Source: Lama glama
Lineage: Eukaryota
Direction: 5' to 3'
NCBI GenBank assembly: GCA_028534125.1
Contig: CM052817.1
Location: 67,892,001-67,956,000 of the forward strand
DNA: 64,000 nucleotides
In this document: one piece after another, positions 24,468 through 39,050 of the stretch
Numbering within the stretch: position 1 is the first letter of the stretch
How the letters are laid out: each line of letters starts with the position of its first letter
Position numbers and translations under genes: made by a program
The notes under the pieces: model-generated
What the model saw: only the letters and a program-made list of their open reading frames with translations
Databases searched by the model: none
Told to the model about the DNA's origin: nothing

Positions 24468-27012
24468 TTTTCATCTTTTAATATTTATTTAATTGAAGTA
24501 TAGTTGATTTATAATATGTTCATTTCTGGTGTACAGCAGAGTGATTTACTTATATACATTCCTTTTCATATTCTTTCTCAAAATGTTACTACAAGTTATT
24601 GAATATAGTTCCCTATGCTGTACAGTAGGTCCTTGTTGCTTATCTATTTTATATATAGTAGTTAGTATCTACAAATTCTGAACTCCTAATTTATCCCTCC
24701 CCATCCTGTTGCCCTCACCTTGTAACCATAAGTTTGTTTTCTATGTCTGTGAATCAGTCTGTTTTGTAAATAAGGTCATTTGTGTCCCCTTTTTCTTTTT
24801 CTTTTTTTCAGATTCCATATATAATACATATATCATATGGTATTTTTCTCTTTCTGGCTTACTTAGTATGATGATCTCCAGGTCCATCCATGTTGCTGCA
24901 AATGGCATGATTTTATTCTTTATGGCTGAGTGGTATTCCATTGTGTGTATGATGTACAACTTCTTTATCCAGTCATCTGTCAATGGACATTTAGGTTGTT
25001 TACATATCTTAGTTTTTGTCAGTAGTTCTGTGAACATTGGGGTACATGTATCTCTTTTCTTGTGGTTTGATGACTAGAGAAGTTCCTTTAACATTTGTTG
25101 TAAAGCTGGTTTGGTGGTGCTGAATTCTTTTAGCTTTTGTTTATTTGTGAAGCTTTTAATTTCTCCATCAAATATGAATGAGACCCTTGATGGAGTATTC
25201 TTGGTTGTAAATTTTTCCCTTTCATAACTTTAAATATATCATGCCACTCCCTTCTGGCCTGTAGAATTTCTGCTGAAAAATCAGCTGATAACCTTATGGG
25301 AGTTCGCTTGTGTGTTATTTGTTGCTTTTCTCTTGCTGATTTTAATATTTTCTCCTTATCCTTAATTTTTTGTCAATTTGATGACTGTGTGCCTTGGTGT
25401 GTTCCTCTTTGGTTTGATCTCTGTGTTTCCTGGACTTGGATGACTGTTTCCATTCCCAAGTTAGGGAAGTTTTCAGTTATTTTCTCTTCAAATATTTTCT
25501 CAGGTCCTTTCTCTCTCTTCACTTTCTGGGACCCCTATAATGTGAATATTAGTGCACTTAATGTTGTCCCAGAGTTCTCTTAAACTATCCTCATTTCTTT
25601 TCATTCTTTTTTCTGTTCTGCAGTAGTGATTTCCACTAATCTGTCCTCTAGCTCACTAATCCATTCGTCTGCCTCATTTGTTCTATTCTTGGTTCCTTCT
25701 AGTATTACTCATTTCAGTAATTTTATTCTTCAACTCTGGGTATTCTTTATATTTTCCAACTCTTTGCTAAAAACTCCCCCTCTGCATCTGTACTCCTTCT
25801 GAGTTCTCTGAACATCTTCATCATTACTCTAAATTTTTTCTTGGATAGATTGTCTATCTCCTCATTACTTGTTTCTTCTGAATTATCTTGTGCCTTGGCC
25901 TGGAAGATACTCCTCTGCTACCTCATATTATCTGTCTTTCTATATGTAATTTTAGGTAGGTTAGCTATGTTTCTCAACCTCGGAGAAGTGGCCCTCTGTG
26001 GGTGTAGTTGTATGTGTCCCAGCAGTACACGCGTATCTTGGCACCCAAGGGCCAGGGTCCAGCCGTCCCGGGGTAGAGTCTGGCTTGCATTTGTGGATTC
26101 CTTCCACAGGCTTTGGGATTATTGTTTTCTTACTTCTGGTATCTGCCCCCTGGTGGATGAGGCTGGACTAGAGGCTTTTGCAAGTTTCCTGGCAGGAGGA
26201 GCCTTTCCCTCCTACTGCTGAGTGGAGCTTCATCCTGGTCCTCTGGTGGGCAGGGCCCTGTCTAGTGGCCTGTCGAGAGGAACAGGAAGTGTGAGGAAGT
26301 CTGCTAATGGGTAGGTCTGCATTCCCACCCAGTGTTTTGTTTGGCCTGAGGCTTCCCAGCCCTTAGGCCTACAGGCTGTTGGGTGGGGCTTGGGGGCTAA
26401 TGACCCAAGCAAGATGTCAGCCTCCAGGAAAGCTTATATAGATAAACACTCCCCAAATGCCAGCCACCAGCTTTTATGTCCCCAGGGTGAACCATAGCCG
26501 CCCCCTACCTCTCCTGGGTACCTTCCAAAACCAGCAGGCAGGTATGGCCCAGGTTCCTATGAGACAACTGCCTCTGCCCTTGGACCTGGCATGAGCAAGA
26601 TTCTACGTGTGCTTCACAAGAGAAAGAAATCTGTTTCCCCTCGTCCTGTGGGGCTCCTGGAGTTCAGCCTCGCTGACCTTCAAAACCAGATGTCTTGGGG
26701 GTCTCCTCCTCCCAATGCTGGATCCCTGGGCTGGGGAGGCTGACATGGGGCTCAGAGCTCTCACTCCTCTCACTTAATTATTCTTCAGCTTGTGAGTCGC
26801 CTGCCTGAGGGGTATGGGGCCCAACTGTATCGCGAGCACGCCCCTCCTACCGTCCTGCTGTGGTTCTCTCATTGTTTCCAGTTGAAGATCTGTTTTTGCT
26901 AGGTTCCAGTCTTTTTTCTGATGGTTGTTCAGCAGTCAGTTGTGGTTTTGTTGTAGTTGCAAGGAGAGACAAGCTCGTGGTCCTACTACTCTGCCATCTT
27001 GACTGGAAATCC
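24468..27012 (-). mobile_element. half-L1-like element: 5' UTR + ORF1 + 3' end, nearly all of ORF2 missing
   Basis: 5' end ggatttccagtcaagatggcag; degenerate ORF1 (PIRLSADFSAEILQARREW...KPALQQMLKELL*); L1 tail follows directly. Confidence 0.8.
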
Positions 27013-27944
27013 TGGTAGTGATTTTTAAATATCATTTAATGTTCAGACCATATTCTAATTCCCTAATTGGATCTTGTTTCTAAAACAAACAAACAAAAAA
27101 AGACCAACAACAACAACAAAACCCAAAACAAAAGTAAAAGGATATTGAGAAAAAGAAAGTCCATACCTTGCATTTGATTGAGGTTTTTGAGTAGAAGCTT
27201 TGAGTAGGTCCCACCCAGTTCATGCCTATTGTCTAGCATAATTATTGACAGAATTTCCTTTAATTCTCAAAAAGTGTCCCAGTTTGGAAGATAAAGTATA
27301 TGATTCACAAGCTTTTATTTTATAATAGTTTCCCTTCTCTTTTTTATGAATTTATTTGTTAAGGAGACTATGATTTGCTTTGTAAAATTTCCCACATTCT
27401 GGATTTGGCTGTGCACAGTTGTTTAACTTCCTCTATCACCAATATCTTCTGTACATTGGTAATTAGAGACTTATGAAGTATATATATATATATCCATGTG
27501 TACATACATAAAGTGGTGATAAAATGTATATATACTTCATAACTGGCAAAAGACTTCGTAAGTGGTGATGAAATCATCTTAGTTCTTCAGATCCATGAGG
27601 AGGGACATAATAGCTGCTTTGTTCCATTTATAGTAATGTTAAGAGTGTTCAATTCAGGAGTCATTAGCTTGATCCATCCATCATAAAGTTTCCCAGAAAA
27701 CTTTTACCTAATGGCTTAGCACATCCATTGATGATTATTGCCCTTTTGCATTATTTTATGAGAGTCTGCAAATTGATAATTTTCTTATTTTTATTGTTGT
27801 ATAAGTTTATGTTATATATTTAAATTTATTTAGCTAGTTTTTCTATACTTGCATAAGTTTGAATAGCTGATCTAATTTTTAGCTTAAATTTTTTTTAACA
27901 GTTAGAAATCCATATGGTAACTCAGTGGTAGAGTGTTTTAATAT

Positions 27945-28745
27945 ATTTTTATTGAAGTATAGTCAGTGTACAGTGTTGTGTCAAATTCTGGTGTACAGCA
28001 TAATTCTTGAGTCATACATGAACATACATCTATTCATTTTCATATTCTTTTCCACCATAGGTTACTACAAGATATTGAATATAGTTCCCTGTGCTATATA
28101 GTATAAACTTATTATCTATTTTATGTATATTAGTATCTGCAAATCTAGAACTCCCAACTTATCCCTTCCCCCCTCCCCCCTTGTAACCATAAGTTTGTTT
28201 TCTATGTCTGTGAATCTGTTTCTGTTTTGTAGATTGTTTGTTTGTCTTTTTTTTTTTTTTAAGATTCCACATATAAGTGATATCACATAGTATTTTTCTT
28301 TCTCTTTCTGGCTTACTTCACTTAGAATGACTTTCTCCAGACCCATCCATGTTGCTGCAAATGGCATTATTTTATTAATTTTATGGCTGAGTAGTATTCC
28401 ATTGTATAAATATACCACAGCTTCTTTATCCAGTCATTTGTCGATGGACATTTAGGTTGTTTCCATGTCCTGGCTGTTGTAAATACTGCTACTCTGAACA
28501 GTGGGGTGCATGTGTCTTTTGAATTAAGATTCCCTCTGGATACATGCCCAGAAGTGGGGATTGTTGGATCATATGGTAAGTCTGTTTTTAGTTTTTTGAG
28601 GAATCTCCATACTGTTTTCCGTAACAGCTGCACCAAACTACATTCCTACCAAGTGTAGGAGGGCTCCCTTTTCTCTACAGCCTATCCAACATTTATTGTT
28701 TGTGGACTTTTGAGTGATGGCCATTCTGACTGGTGTGAGGTGAGA
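27945..28745 (-). mobile_element. 5'-truncated L1 3' end
   Basis: ORF2 C-terminus peptide [16 protein letters not shown]...WKQPKCPS plus 3' UTR. Confidence 0.88.
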
Positions 28746-28964
28746 ATATTTTTAAAAATCTGTTGTATAGGTGAATATTTTTAGTATAATTTCTCTGATT
28801 CATTGTTTAACCATTAGCCAAATTCTCAGCCATGTTAAAATGAGGCTGCAATATGAAAATTCTAACGATATTTGAAAGTCCCCTATAGAAATAAAAGTGC
28901 CTTTTGGTAGCCAATTCATGTAGGAAATCATCTTGAAGTTACTTTGTTATGCAGGGATTTAAAA

Positions 28965-31900
28965 ATTTTTTTCTAGATATAATACACATATCATAAAATT
29001 CACCCTTTTATAGTATATAGTGCAGTGGATAACTATATTCAGAGTTGCACAACGTTTTCATGACTCCCAGAAGGAAACCTCATAGTCATTAGGCAGTCAC
29101 TTTCCTTTCTCCTCCCCTCATAAGTGGCAACCACCAATCAACTTTCTGTCTCTATAGATTGCTTCTTCTGGACATTTCATATTAATGGAATCATACAACG
29201 TTTAACCTGTCTGTCTGGCCTCTTTCAGTTCTCTTGGATATATATCTAGGAGTGACATTGTTAGTCAGATGGTAACTATGTTTAACTTTTTGAGGAACTG
29301 CCAAACTGTTTTCCAGAGAAGCTGTAACATTTTTCATTCCTACCAGTGATATATGGAGATCCCGATGTCTCCACATTCTCACCAAAACTAGTTGTCTGCC
29401 TTTTTTATTATCATCCTTCCAGTGGGTATAATATGTATCTTGCGGTTTTGATTTTGCATTTCTGTAATGAGTAAATATGTTAGGCATTATGTCATGTACT
29501 ACTAGCTATTCATATATCTTCTTTGAAGAAATCCTTACTTAAATGTTTGCTCATTTTTAAAGTATGTTAGTTGTTTTTTGAGTTGTAAGAGTTCTTTATA
29601 TATTATGGATACTAGAACTTATCAGATATATGGTTTACAGACATTTGGTTTATAGACATTTTCTTTTATTCTGAGGTTGTCTCTCCATTTGATGATATCC
29701 TTGAAACAAAAGTTTTCAATTTTGATGAAATCAAGTTGATCTGTCTTTTTTTTTTGATCTGTCTTTTTGATTGACTATACTTTTAGTGTTATATCTAAGA
29801 AATCATTGCCTAATCCAATGGTTTGGAAGATTTACACAGTGATTTTTACCCCTACTCCCAAGTATTTATTATAGTTTTAGGTCTTAAATTTCAGTCTTTG
29901 ATTACTGTTGTCCCAGGACTATTTGTTAGAGAGACTATTTTTTCCACATTGAATGTTCTTGTCATCCTTGTTGAAAATTAATTGACAAAGATGTACGAGT
30001 CATTTCAGGACATATCTATCCTTATGCCAGTACTACATGGTGTTGATTACTGTAGTTGTGGTAAGTTTTGAAATTGGGATGTGTAAGTAAGTCCTCCAAC
30101 TGTTTTTCTTTTACAAGATTGTTTCAGCTACTCTGGGTCCTTTTCATGTCCCGTGAATTTTAGGATCACCTTATCAATTTCCCCAGCTGGGATTCTGACA
30201 GAGGTTCTGTTGAATCAGTCAATCAATTAGGAAATATTGACATCTTAATATTCAGTCTTCCAATTTATTAACACAGGATGTCTTTACATTTCTTTAGGTT
30301 TTTAATTTCTTTCAATGATGTTTTATAGTTTTCAGTGTACAAGTCCTATACCACTTTTGTTAAATTTCTTAGTATTTTATTTTTCATGCTGTTTTAAGTG
30401 GAATTATTTTTATTTCATTTTTGGATTGTTCATTACTAGCATATATTTACACAGTTGGTTTTTATGTATTAATCTTGTATCCTACAAACTTATTTAACTA
30501 GTTTATTAGTGTTAAACTTTTTTGGTGGATTTCTACATACAAAATCATGTCATCTACAAATAGTTTAATTTCTTCCTTCCCAATCTGTGTGTCCTTATTT
30601 TTTTTTCTTTTGCATAACTTCCCTGGCTAGAACCTACAGTAGATACTGAGCAGAATTGGCAAGAGCAAACATCTGTCTTGTCCCTCATTTTAGGGGGAAA
30701 ACTTTCAGTTTTTCAGCATTAAGCATGATGCTAAATGTAGGGTTTCTTGTAAATGCTCCTTGTCCGGTTGAAGAAAACATTTTCTGTTCCTTGGTTGAGT
30801 ATCTTTATCATGAAAGGGTGCTTGATTTTTTTCAAATGCTTTTTCTGCATCTAATAAGATGATTGTGTGCTTCTTGGCCCTTATTGTGTTAGCATGGTGT
30901 ATCATATTGATTGACTTTTGTATATGGGACCAGCATTGCATTTCTGGAAAAATCTTACTCGACCGTAGTGTATACTTTTTTCTATATGTTGCTGAATTCC
31001 ATTTGCTAGTATATTATTGAAGATTTTTTCATCTACATTGATAAGGGATATTGGCCTAGAATTTTACTGTAGTATCTTTGTTTTTGGTTTCCGGATAATT
31101 GCCTTATGGAATGCATTGAGAAGGGTTTCCTGTTCTATTTTTAAGGAGAATTTGTAAAGGATTGGGGCTAATTTAAATGTTCATTAGAATTCACCAGCAA
31201 AATCATTTACTCCTGGGCTTATCTTTGTAGGAAGTTTTTTGATTACTGTTTAAGTCTTTTTATTTGTAATATGTCAGATTGTCAGTTTCAGTTAATTTGT
31301 GCTTTCTAGGAATTTGTCCATTTCATATAATTTATATAACTTGTTGATACCATTTTTTATCATATTCCCTTATAATGCTTTTCATAAGGTCATTAGTAAT
31401 GTCCTCTTTTTCACTTCTAATTTTAAATACTTTGAGTCTCTTCTCTTTTTCGGGATCAGTCTAATTAGTTTTGTCCAAGACCCCAGGCAGCCAGTGTTCA
31501 ATAACTGTCCCCAACTATTTTCAACAAACACTTCCAGTGGGGAAAATGCTATACACAATAGGTGAACTCCCAGTGAAATCAGATGAAGAAAGCCTTGCTC
31601 GAGGGGTCTTCTAGGGAACTACCAAACAGGTAAAATATGGACACTTCCTGGGAATGGGGCTTTGGAGGGTATCTAACCTAAACCCTCCAGTGGTTGCCAG
31701 CCTACTGATGTTCATCCTAAATGTGGGCTGTTGGTTTTCAAGGCTGTTGTGGAGTTCTGGGGACACTAGGAACAGGGCAAGTTAAAGCACTGTAAAGCTT
31801 AGTTTCTTACCAAAAGTTCACTGCTTTTCTTGAATAAATGCTTCCTGGAATGCTGCAAGCCTTTTTATCAATTTTCAGATTTCTGAAAAGTTGATCTTGA

Positions 31901-32500
31901 CAATATTTACCAGGATTCTTACTGCTTTTATGGAGGAGAGAATTTTCAGAGATCCTTATTTTGCCATTTTTGCTAACATCTATAAAATTATAATTTCTAA
32001 TTGTAACATTCCTTCTGCATTTATTAGATGAAATTCCTTAAACAATTTTCCTTATCAACTGTTGGTTACCATTAAATATAGTTTGTAAACAAGTGACAGA
32101 ATAATGCATGGTAAGTATCTTTAGTTGTGAAATTTCAAAATAGTGATTTGGTGCCTTAGTAACCATCCAAAAATAATCAGTTAGCTTATTCTTTCTTTTT
32201 GCTCTCATTAAAAAAAACGTGATGGATTTTAATCTATATTCATTTCAGTGAGAAATGATACTTAGAGATCACAGTCTGTGTCCAGATGTTCTCATTGCTA
32301 CAAAGATACTGTTACTTTCAGGTGTTTTCAGTGGGCAGACATAGGAAGTAATTTTTTTTTAGAAAGAAAATTTGAGCTTTTTAAATCATTATCATGAGTT
32401 CATATGGTTATTTCCTATTCATAGGATTATAGGATCTTTACTTTTACGCTGAAATTCTTGACATTAACAGTGATTTCTTCATGTCACAATGTCCATAAGT
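28965..32500 (-). mobile_element. ancient L1 (L1M-type) fragments: 3' end, ORF2 and 5'-region pieces
   Basis: Degenerate ORF2 (IILLDAEKAFEK) and T-rich L1 motifs; boundaries approximate. Confidence 0.7.
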
Positions 32501-32529
32501 AATTTCAAAATAATATCATTACTACTAAG

Positions 32530-34226
32530 AGATCAGGAGAGCAATTCATAAGCAAAATGAGAATTTAGCAAAGAGATAGAAAATACCAAACAAATTATGG
32601 GGTTGAAGAATATAAATAAGCTGAAAAATTCACTAGAGGGATTCAACAGCAGACTACATCAAGTGGAAAAAAGGACTGGTGTACAACTCAAAGATAGGAC
32701 AGTGGAACTCATTCAAGAAGAGGAACAAAAAGGAAAAAGAATAAAAAAGAGTGAAGATAGTTTGAAGGATTTATCGGACACCATAAGAGGACCAACATAT
32801 ACATTATAGGGGTCCTAAAAGGAGAAGAAAGAAAAAGAGATAGAAGGCTTACTCAAGAAATAATGGCTGAAAAATATCTCAAGACAAACATACCAACATT
32901 TCTAGGATGCAGCAAACCAGTTCTAAGAGGAAACCACATAGTGATAAATACCTATGCTAAGAGAAAAGAATGCTCTCTCTTAAACAACCTAACTTCACAC
33001 CTCAAGGAACCTGACAAAGAACAAACTAAGCCCAAAGTTACTAGAAGGAAGGAAATAACAAAGATCAAAGTGGAAATAAATGAAATACAGACTTAACAGA
33101 CAATAGGAAAAAAAAAACGAATGAAACTGAGAACATTTTTTTGTAAAATATAAAACAGGCAAACCTTTAGCTACACTTACCAGAAGGAGAGAGAAAAGAA
33201 ATAAAATTACAAATGAAAGGAAAGGTATAACAACTGATACCACATAAATACAAATACTATGAATAATTATACACCAACAACCTAGAAGAAATAGATAAAT
33301 TCCTAGAAATGTACAGCTTACCAAGGCTGTCATGAAGAAACAGAAAATATGAACAGACCAACTGCTAGTAAGGAGATTGAATCAGTAATCAAAAACCTCA
33401 CAAAAAAGTTCATCACCAGGTGGCTTCAACAGTGAATTCTACCAAACAGTTAAGATGAATTACTACCAGTCCTTCTCAAACTCTTCCAAAGAATTGAAGA
33501 GAAAGGATCACTTCCAAACTCACTTTATGAGGCCACCGTTACTCCAATTAAAAAAAAAAATCAGACAAGGACACTACAAGAAAAGAAAATTACCAGCCAG
33601 TATTCCTGATGAACATAGCATTCTTTACAGTACCTAAGATGTGGAGACAACCTAAGTGTCCATCAATGGATGAACGGATAAAGTTGTGGCATGTGTACAC
33701 ACACACACACAGAGGAATGTCATTCAGCTTTTGAAAAAGAAAATTCTCCCATTTTCAACAATATGGATAAACCTGGAGGGTATTATGCTAAGCGATATAA
33801 ACCAGATAGAGAAAGGCAAATACTGCATGGTATCACTCATACCTGGAATCAAAAACAACCAAAAGTCAAACTCATGAAAGAGTAGAAAAATATTTGTGAG
33901 AGGCTGGGGGGAACGGGTGAGGGAAATAGGGAGAAGTTAATAAAAGAGAATAATCTTTCAGTTATAAAATGAGTACGATCTGATGATCTGATGTATAACA
34001 TGGTGACTATTGTTGATGACACCTCACTGTGTAATTGAAATTTGCTGAAAGAGTAGAACTTAAATGTTCTTTGCAAGAAAGAAAAGATAAATATGTGAGG
34101 TGGTGATGTGTTAATTAACTTGATGGGAGAATCCTTTCATAATTTATGCTTATATGAGATCATCACATTGTTTACTTTAAATAAATATTTTATTTGTCAA
34201 TTATACCTCAATAAAGCTGGAAAAAA
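32530..34226 (+). mobile_element. L1 (L1MA-like) patchwork of ORF1, ORF2 and 3' end
   Basis: KLKNSLEGFNSRL (ORF1), KPKVTRRKEITKIKVEINEI (ORF2), tail ending caataaagctggaaaaaa. Confidence 0.8.
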
Positions 34227-34359
34227 TACCTACTGAATATAATTTTCTTAGTAAGGTGTTTCATCAGGGTTTGTTTTTGGTTTCTTTGCTTTTGTCTGTT
34301 TATTGCCCTTAGGATATAACTGATTTGGGCCATAAAGTCGTAACACTGTGTTTTAGCCA

Positions 34360-35120
34360 AAAGCTAGAAAGCACTCAAATGCTCATCAATGATGGAATGC
34401 TTAATTTGCGGCATATTCATACAATAAAAAACTATGCTCAGTGAGTAAATACATTAATAAATTACAGCTACATGCAACATTGTGGATGGATATGCCAAAC
34501 AGTGCTGAAGAAAAGCAAGGCACAGGCTTATACCAGTTAATCACATGTAAGTGGTATGTATGTTATGTATTTGTGTGTGTGTATATAGTTTTGCCTGTTT
34601 TTATGTAGCATACTATATAGTATTAAAATACTCAAAACTATATATATATATATATATATAGCTGTATATGTGTACTATACTATACATGGTATAAAAATAG
34701 GAAAAACTATATACACACATACATATATGTACACATAGCTATAGTATACAAGTAGGCAAATCTATATATATATACACACATGAAGACTAAATTCAGTAGG
34801 TTTATAGTATATTATATATAGTATTAAAAACAGGAGATATACATACACATACATATACACACGATATTCAGAGTAGGTATATAGTATATATTTTAGTTTT
34901 GCCTATTTTTATACTATATAATCTATTTCAATAGAAGTTACTGTCAGAGGGGCAATGCCTGGAAGGAAATATAAGATGGTAATCTGGGGTGCAAGTATTT
35001 ATGTTTTGTTTCTTAGTTTGAATGCTATTCAGGTATGTTTCACTTGTGAGCACTTGCAGGCTATAAAATTCTGTGTACTTTTCTGTGTGTGTATTATACT
35101 ACAGTGAAAACTTTGTTTAA
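34360..35120 (+). mobile_element. ancient L1 3' end (L1ME-like) containing a TA-rich expanded repeat
   Basis: caaatgctcatcaat...acagctacatgcaaca..tggatg...cttttctgtgtgtgtattatact. Confidence 0.6.
34555..34925. repeat. TA/CA-rich complex repeat with direct and inverted units
   Basis: Repeated tatatagtat(t)aaaa(a/c)aggcaaaacta-like units in both orientations. Confidence 0.75.
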
Positions 35121-35295
35121 ATCGTGTTTTAAAATCAATTGGAATAGTTTTTTTCTGATGTGATTGTGGCACAGCTTAACATATAGTTAGACTTCTTTTA
35201 AAACTAATCTGCACTCGTTTTTGAAAGCAGACACTCAGTCTGTGAGATCGATAGCCTAGGCAATGCTGTCCATAGTCACGAACTTCGTTCTTTGA

Positions 35296-35475
<180 letters not shown>

Positions 35476-37318
35476 TAATTTGTTTCTTTTTCGTGGAGAA
35501 TTGACGAGCACAGTGAACAATATGATATAACTCTGTTAAACTCTTGTTAACAGAGAGAATTTCATCTGAGAGATGAACCAGCAAAATTTTGGCTAAATTA
35601 TGTGCGTCTATAACAATTTCATGAAATTAGCATAGTAACAACCATGGGATACCAAAGTAATAAAGTTTGAGCAACATAAACTCTTTATACCTATGGCCTT
35701 TCCTCTTCATTCTTTATCATTAGTTAATTCTAGAGTTTCACATAGCTGTCCCCTCAGTATTAAAACTAAATGTTAAAACCTTGGTGTTAAAACTTTCATC
35801 TTTTGAACCTGAATTATAGAAGTCATGTTCATGACTGCCGCATTTATAAAAGACCATTTCTAGTCATATTTTCACACCATGAGGTTAGATGGTTTAATGT
35901 TACTATAATGAATGCATTCAAGTAACTAGAACATTTAGATTTTCATATCACTGATTTCTCATTTAAGTCACTGGTTTTTGTCCTTTCTCTAAGATAAATA
36001 TTTCTCAAAATATAACTTGCGGATTGGTATCAAATTTAATAAGTTTAGGGTAGCATGTATTCTAGAGTATGCTAATTTTCGATAATCAGAAAACCTCAGT
36101 ATATTTAGCATTTAAATATGGTCAAATTTTTAGTGAATCTATATAGCTTGTAATTTCTTTCAAATTTTAAATGCAATTGAAATATAGTTAGACTGTGGAT
36201 ATAATAATAAATGTCCCTCTAATTGAACAAAACTGTTAACCTTAGTATTTGTGACTATAATAATAAGCAGTTTAATAAAGTGCAAAAGTTCAAGTCATGA
36301 TAAAATTTTTTATAGGAGCATAATATTTTAATAAACTGTATTAATGTACTAGATGTCCTCTTTTCATAAGAAAAAGCCCCAAATATGTAATAAACCTAAT
36401 AGCAATTTTGCATGCTGTGCTCCACTTAAGTTTTTCACACTGGAGAGATTATTTTCACCACTACTTCATAAATGTTTATCACTCTAACCAGGTTTCATGT
36501 AAACCAAATCTGGGGGATGGCTGGTGACATCTCCCTCAGTTAGGTAGGAGTGCGCCACTCAGAAACCTCCTCATCTTCTAAAATGCAAATATGTTTATCT
36601 CTGCCAGCTGGTTACAACTCCAGAGGTTTTTAGAGAGATATCACTGTGAAATGAGCATGTCTAAGTATGAATGGACCAACCAAGTATTGTCTACCATTTT
36701 AAAAAAACATATTGCTTGAAATCTGTTCTTCAGTTGGGAGGAGGGAGTGTAACTGAACATTTCTCCTTTCAAGTAAACTTTACAGTTTTTCATATATACC
36801 ACACCTTATAGTTCTGAGAGTTTTGTTCATATTTGAATCACCTGGTAACTTTTAGTTGCTCTATGGAGAGATCATTTCAAATTTTGAAATGTTATTTTTA
36901 TAAACATTTAAAAATATAAAGATTGGAAATAAGAAATTAAACCAAACAAATCTTTTCAGTAGCTCACCTTCCGTGGCCACTAATTAGGCAGTAGAGAATG
37001 TGACTTCTCCTAACCCTGCTACCAGCAGAGGCTTATATTTATAAAATGCCAGATATCTGCATGAAAAGTAGAAAACTGATTAATCTTAAGAAAATATCAA
37101 AGAGCTTGATATTTAACAACACATACAAAAATAGGTAATACATGGTCTATACTTTCCACTTAGAAATAGTCATGTTAAGATGCTTTAGTTTTTTAATAAG
37201 AGACGCTGTGTCTTGTGATTTGGATCTAATATATAGGGGGGCAAGGAATCTAACTGATAGCCTCTTTCATGAAGAATGGATTTAGAATTTAATATGGAGG
37301 ATTATTCATTTTATACAG

Positions 37319-37408
37319 GAAGAGAAACTGGAGTCTCATTTGCAAAACCTGTCCACTCTTATGGCACCAACATACAAGAAACTTGCACCCGATGCGTATA
37401 ATAACCAG
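37319..37408 (+). CDS. TET2: TET2 exon 8 ([30 protein letters not shown])
   Basis: ttttatacag acceptor, CAG|gtaagt donor, 90 nt. Confidence 0.96.
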
Positions 37409-38149
37409 GTAAGTTTTAACAGTTATTGACAATGACTGGAACTGTTACTCACTGTTGATGACCTACCTATCTACTTCCAAACATATTTTTGAAGCAATGA
37501 TTTTCCTTTACTTTTCTAATTTTTTCTTTTCCTAACTGTTGAAGCCATTGCAATGTTCTGTTTCTGGTATATAAAACCTACACCATTTGAAAGAGCATGT
37601 TGTTGGTCTTCTAATCTGTAAAAGTAATGAGCTTTTAAGACTCACAAGCTGTTTTATCTAGTAATCTTGTTCTCAAATGGATAATTTTGTCTCTGTAAGC
37701 AGACTTTAGTGATTAATTAAAATTAGATGGCTCAAACTATTGGTTCTAACCACCTGTTAACTGTTTTCACAGGAAGTCTATACATTCAAAGCTATGGGTG
37801 TGCTACTTGCTAAGTGTACATACATGTGTCCAGATGTGTCAGATTTTGCTAGATGTTTATTTTTTTCTTTTGGCCTTGGCTTCATGAACCAAGCCAAACT
37901 TCTTTTTTTTTCTATTTTGTAAGTGTGCTAGGCAGTATCTATATGGAAGGCTAAGTGATTTGTTCTTAAATGCTTATGAAGGAGGCAGAAGACTGAAGTC
38001 TTCCCTGTTTCAAAAGCCCTAAATGAGAGCCTGTTCTAAACCACTGTGTTTAGTCACTGTGGACAGTAAGATGAGCAGTGTGGGTTCTACGTCTTTAAAA
38101 AATTCCTCCTCTAGAGGAGATGTAGGGATGTAAAATACAAGATGTAAGG

Positions 38150-39050
38150 ACGTAAAATACCAATTATAGAAAAATAACAGCCAAGGTAGAGGTTTGCACA
38201 CATTTCTGAAGGAATGAAAAGGCTTTCCCTGAAAGTAGGGGTATAAAGTCACAAATGGCCTTGGAGGCCATGTAAAGATCTTTGAACTTTTTCCTGTAGG
38301 TAAGAGACCTACCACCATTGGGGTGTTCTAAGTGTATACTAGGGATGGGGAAGGGCGAAGTGATTTCACTTAAAAAGGTCACTCAAGCCAAACAAATGAA
38401 ATACAGCATAGATAGCTTTGATTAGTGGAAGATTCAGTGAGAGAAGCAGGCTATTACAGTCACTGGGCAAGAGATGTGAAGGTCCTAATTTAAAGAAATA
38501 GCAGTAATGATAGATAGAGAAAATGAAATAAATATATAAAATATTTGAGGTAGAATTTATAGAACTTAGTGACTAGTTGGATTTAAGGATAAGAAAAAGA
38601 TAATTTGAAGATCCACCAAATTTCTGGCTTGACCAGATGGTTCTATGAGCTAGTACCAGGAATCAGTGAAGAAAAATAAGTTTGGGGGAGATGAGGGGAA
38701 GATGATAAATTTCATTTCAGAAGTTTCATTTTGGCAAAGCTAGGTTTTACATACTTCTAGAATAATTAGAAGAAAAATCTAGTTTAGCACTGTGATTTGA
38801 AAATTATCAAAATGCAGGAAGTAGCTGAATATGTAGAAGCGAATGCAGTTTTTCAGAATGGAGATTATTAAGAAGTGGCTAATGATTTTAACATTTAACA
38901 TTTTAGGGGTGAGAGGAGGACAAGAAACCAATGAAGGAAGCACTGGGATTGGAAGCAGTGGAGAGGGAGAGGTTAAAGATTTAAGAGGAAGCGGGAGGAT
39001 GATAGAAGGAAAGCTGGAGGTGATAAGGTATCCAGAGCAGAGTACACAGA
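38150..39050 (-). mobile_element. L2 remnant
   Basis: gaggccatgtaaag..tttgaactttttcctgtagg...ggctattacagt...ggcaagagatg motifs. Confidence 0.5.
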
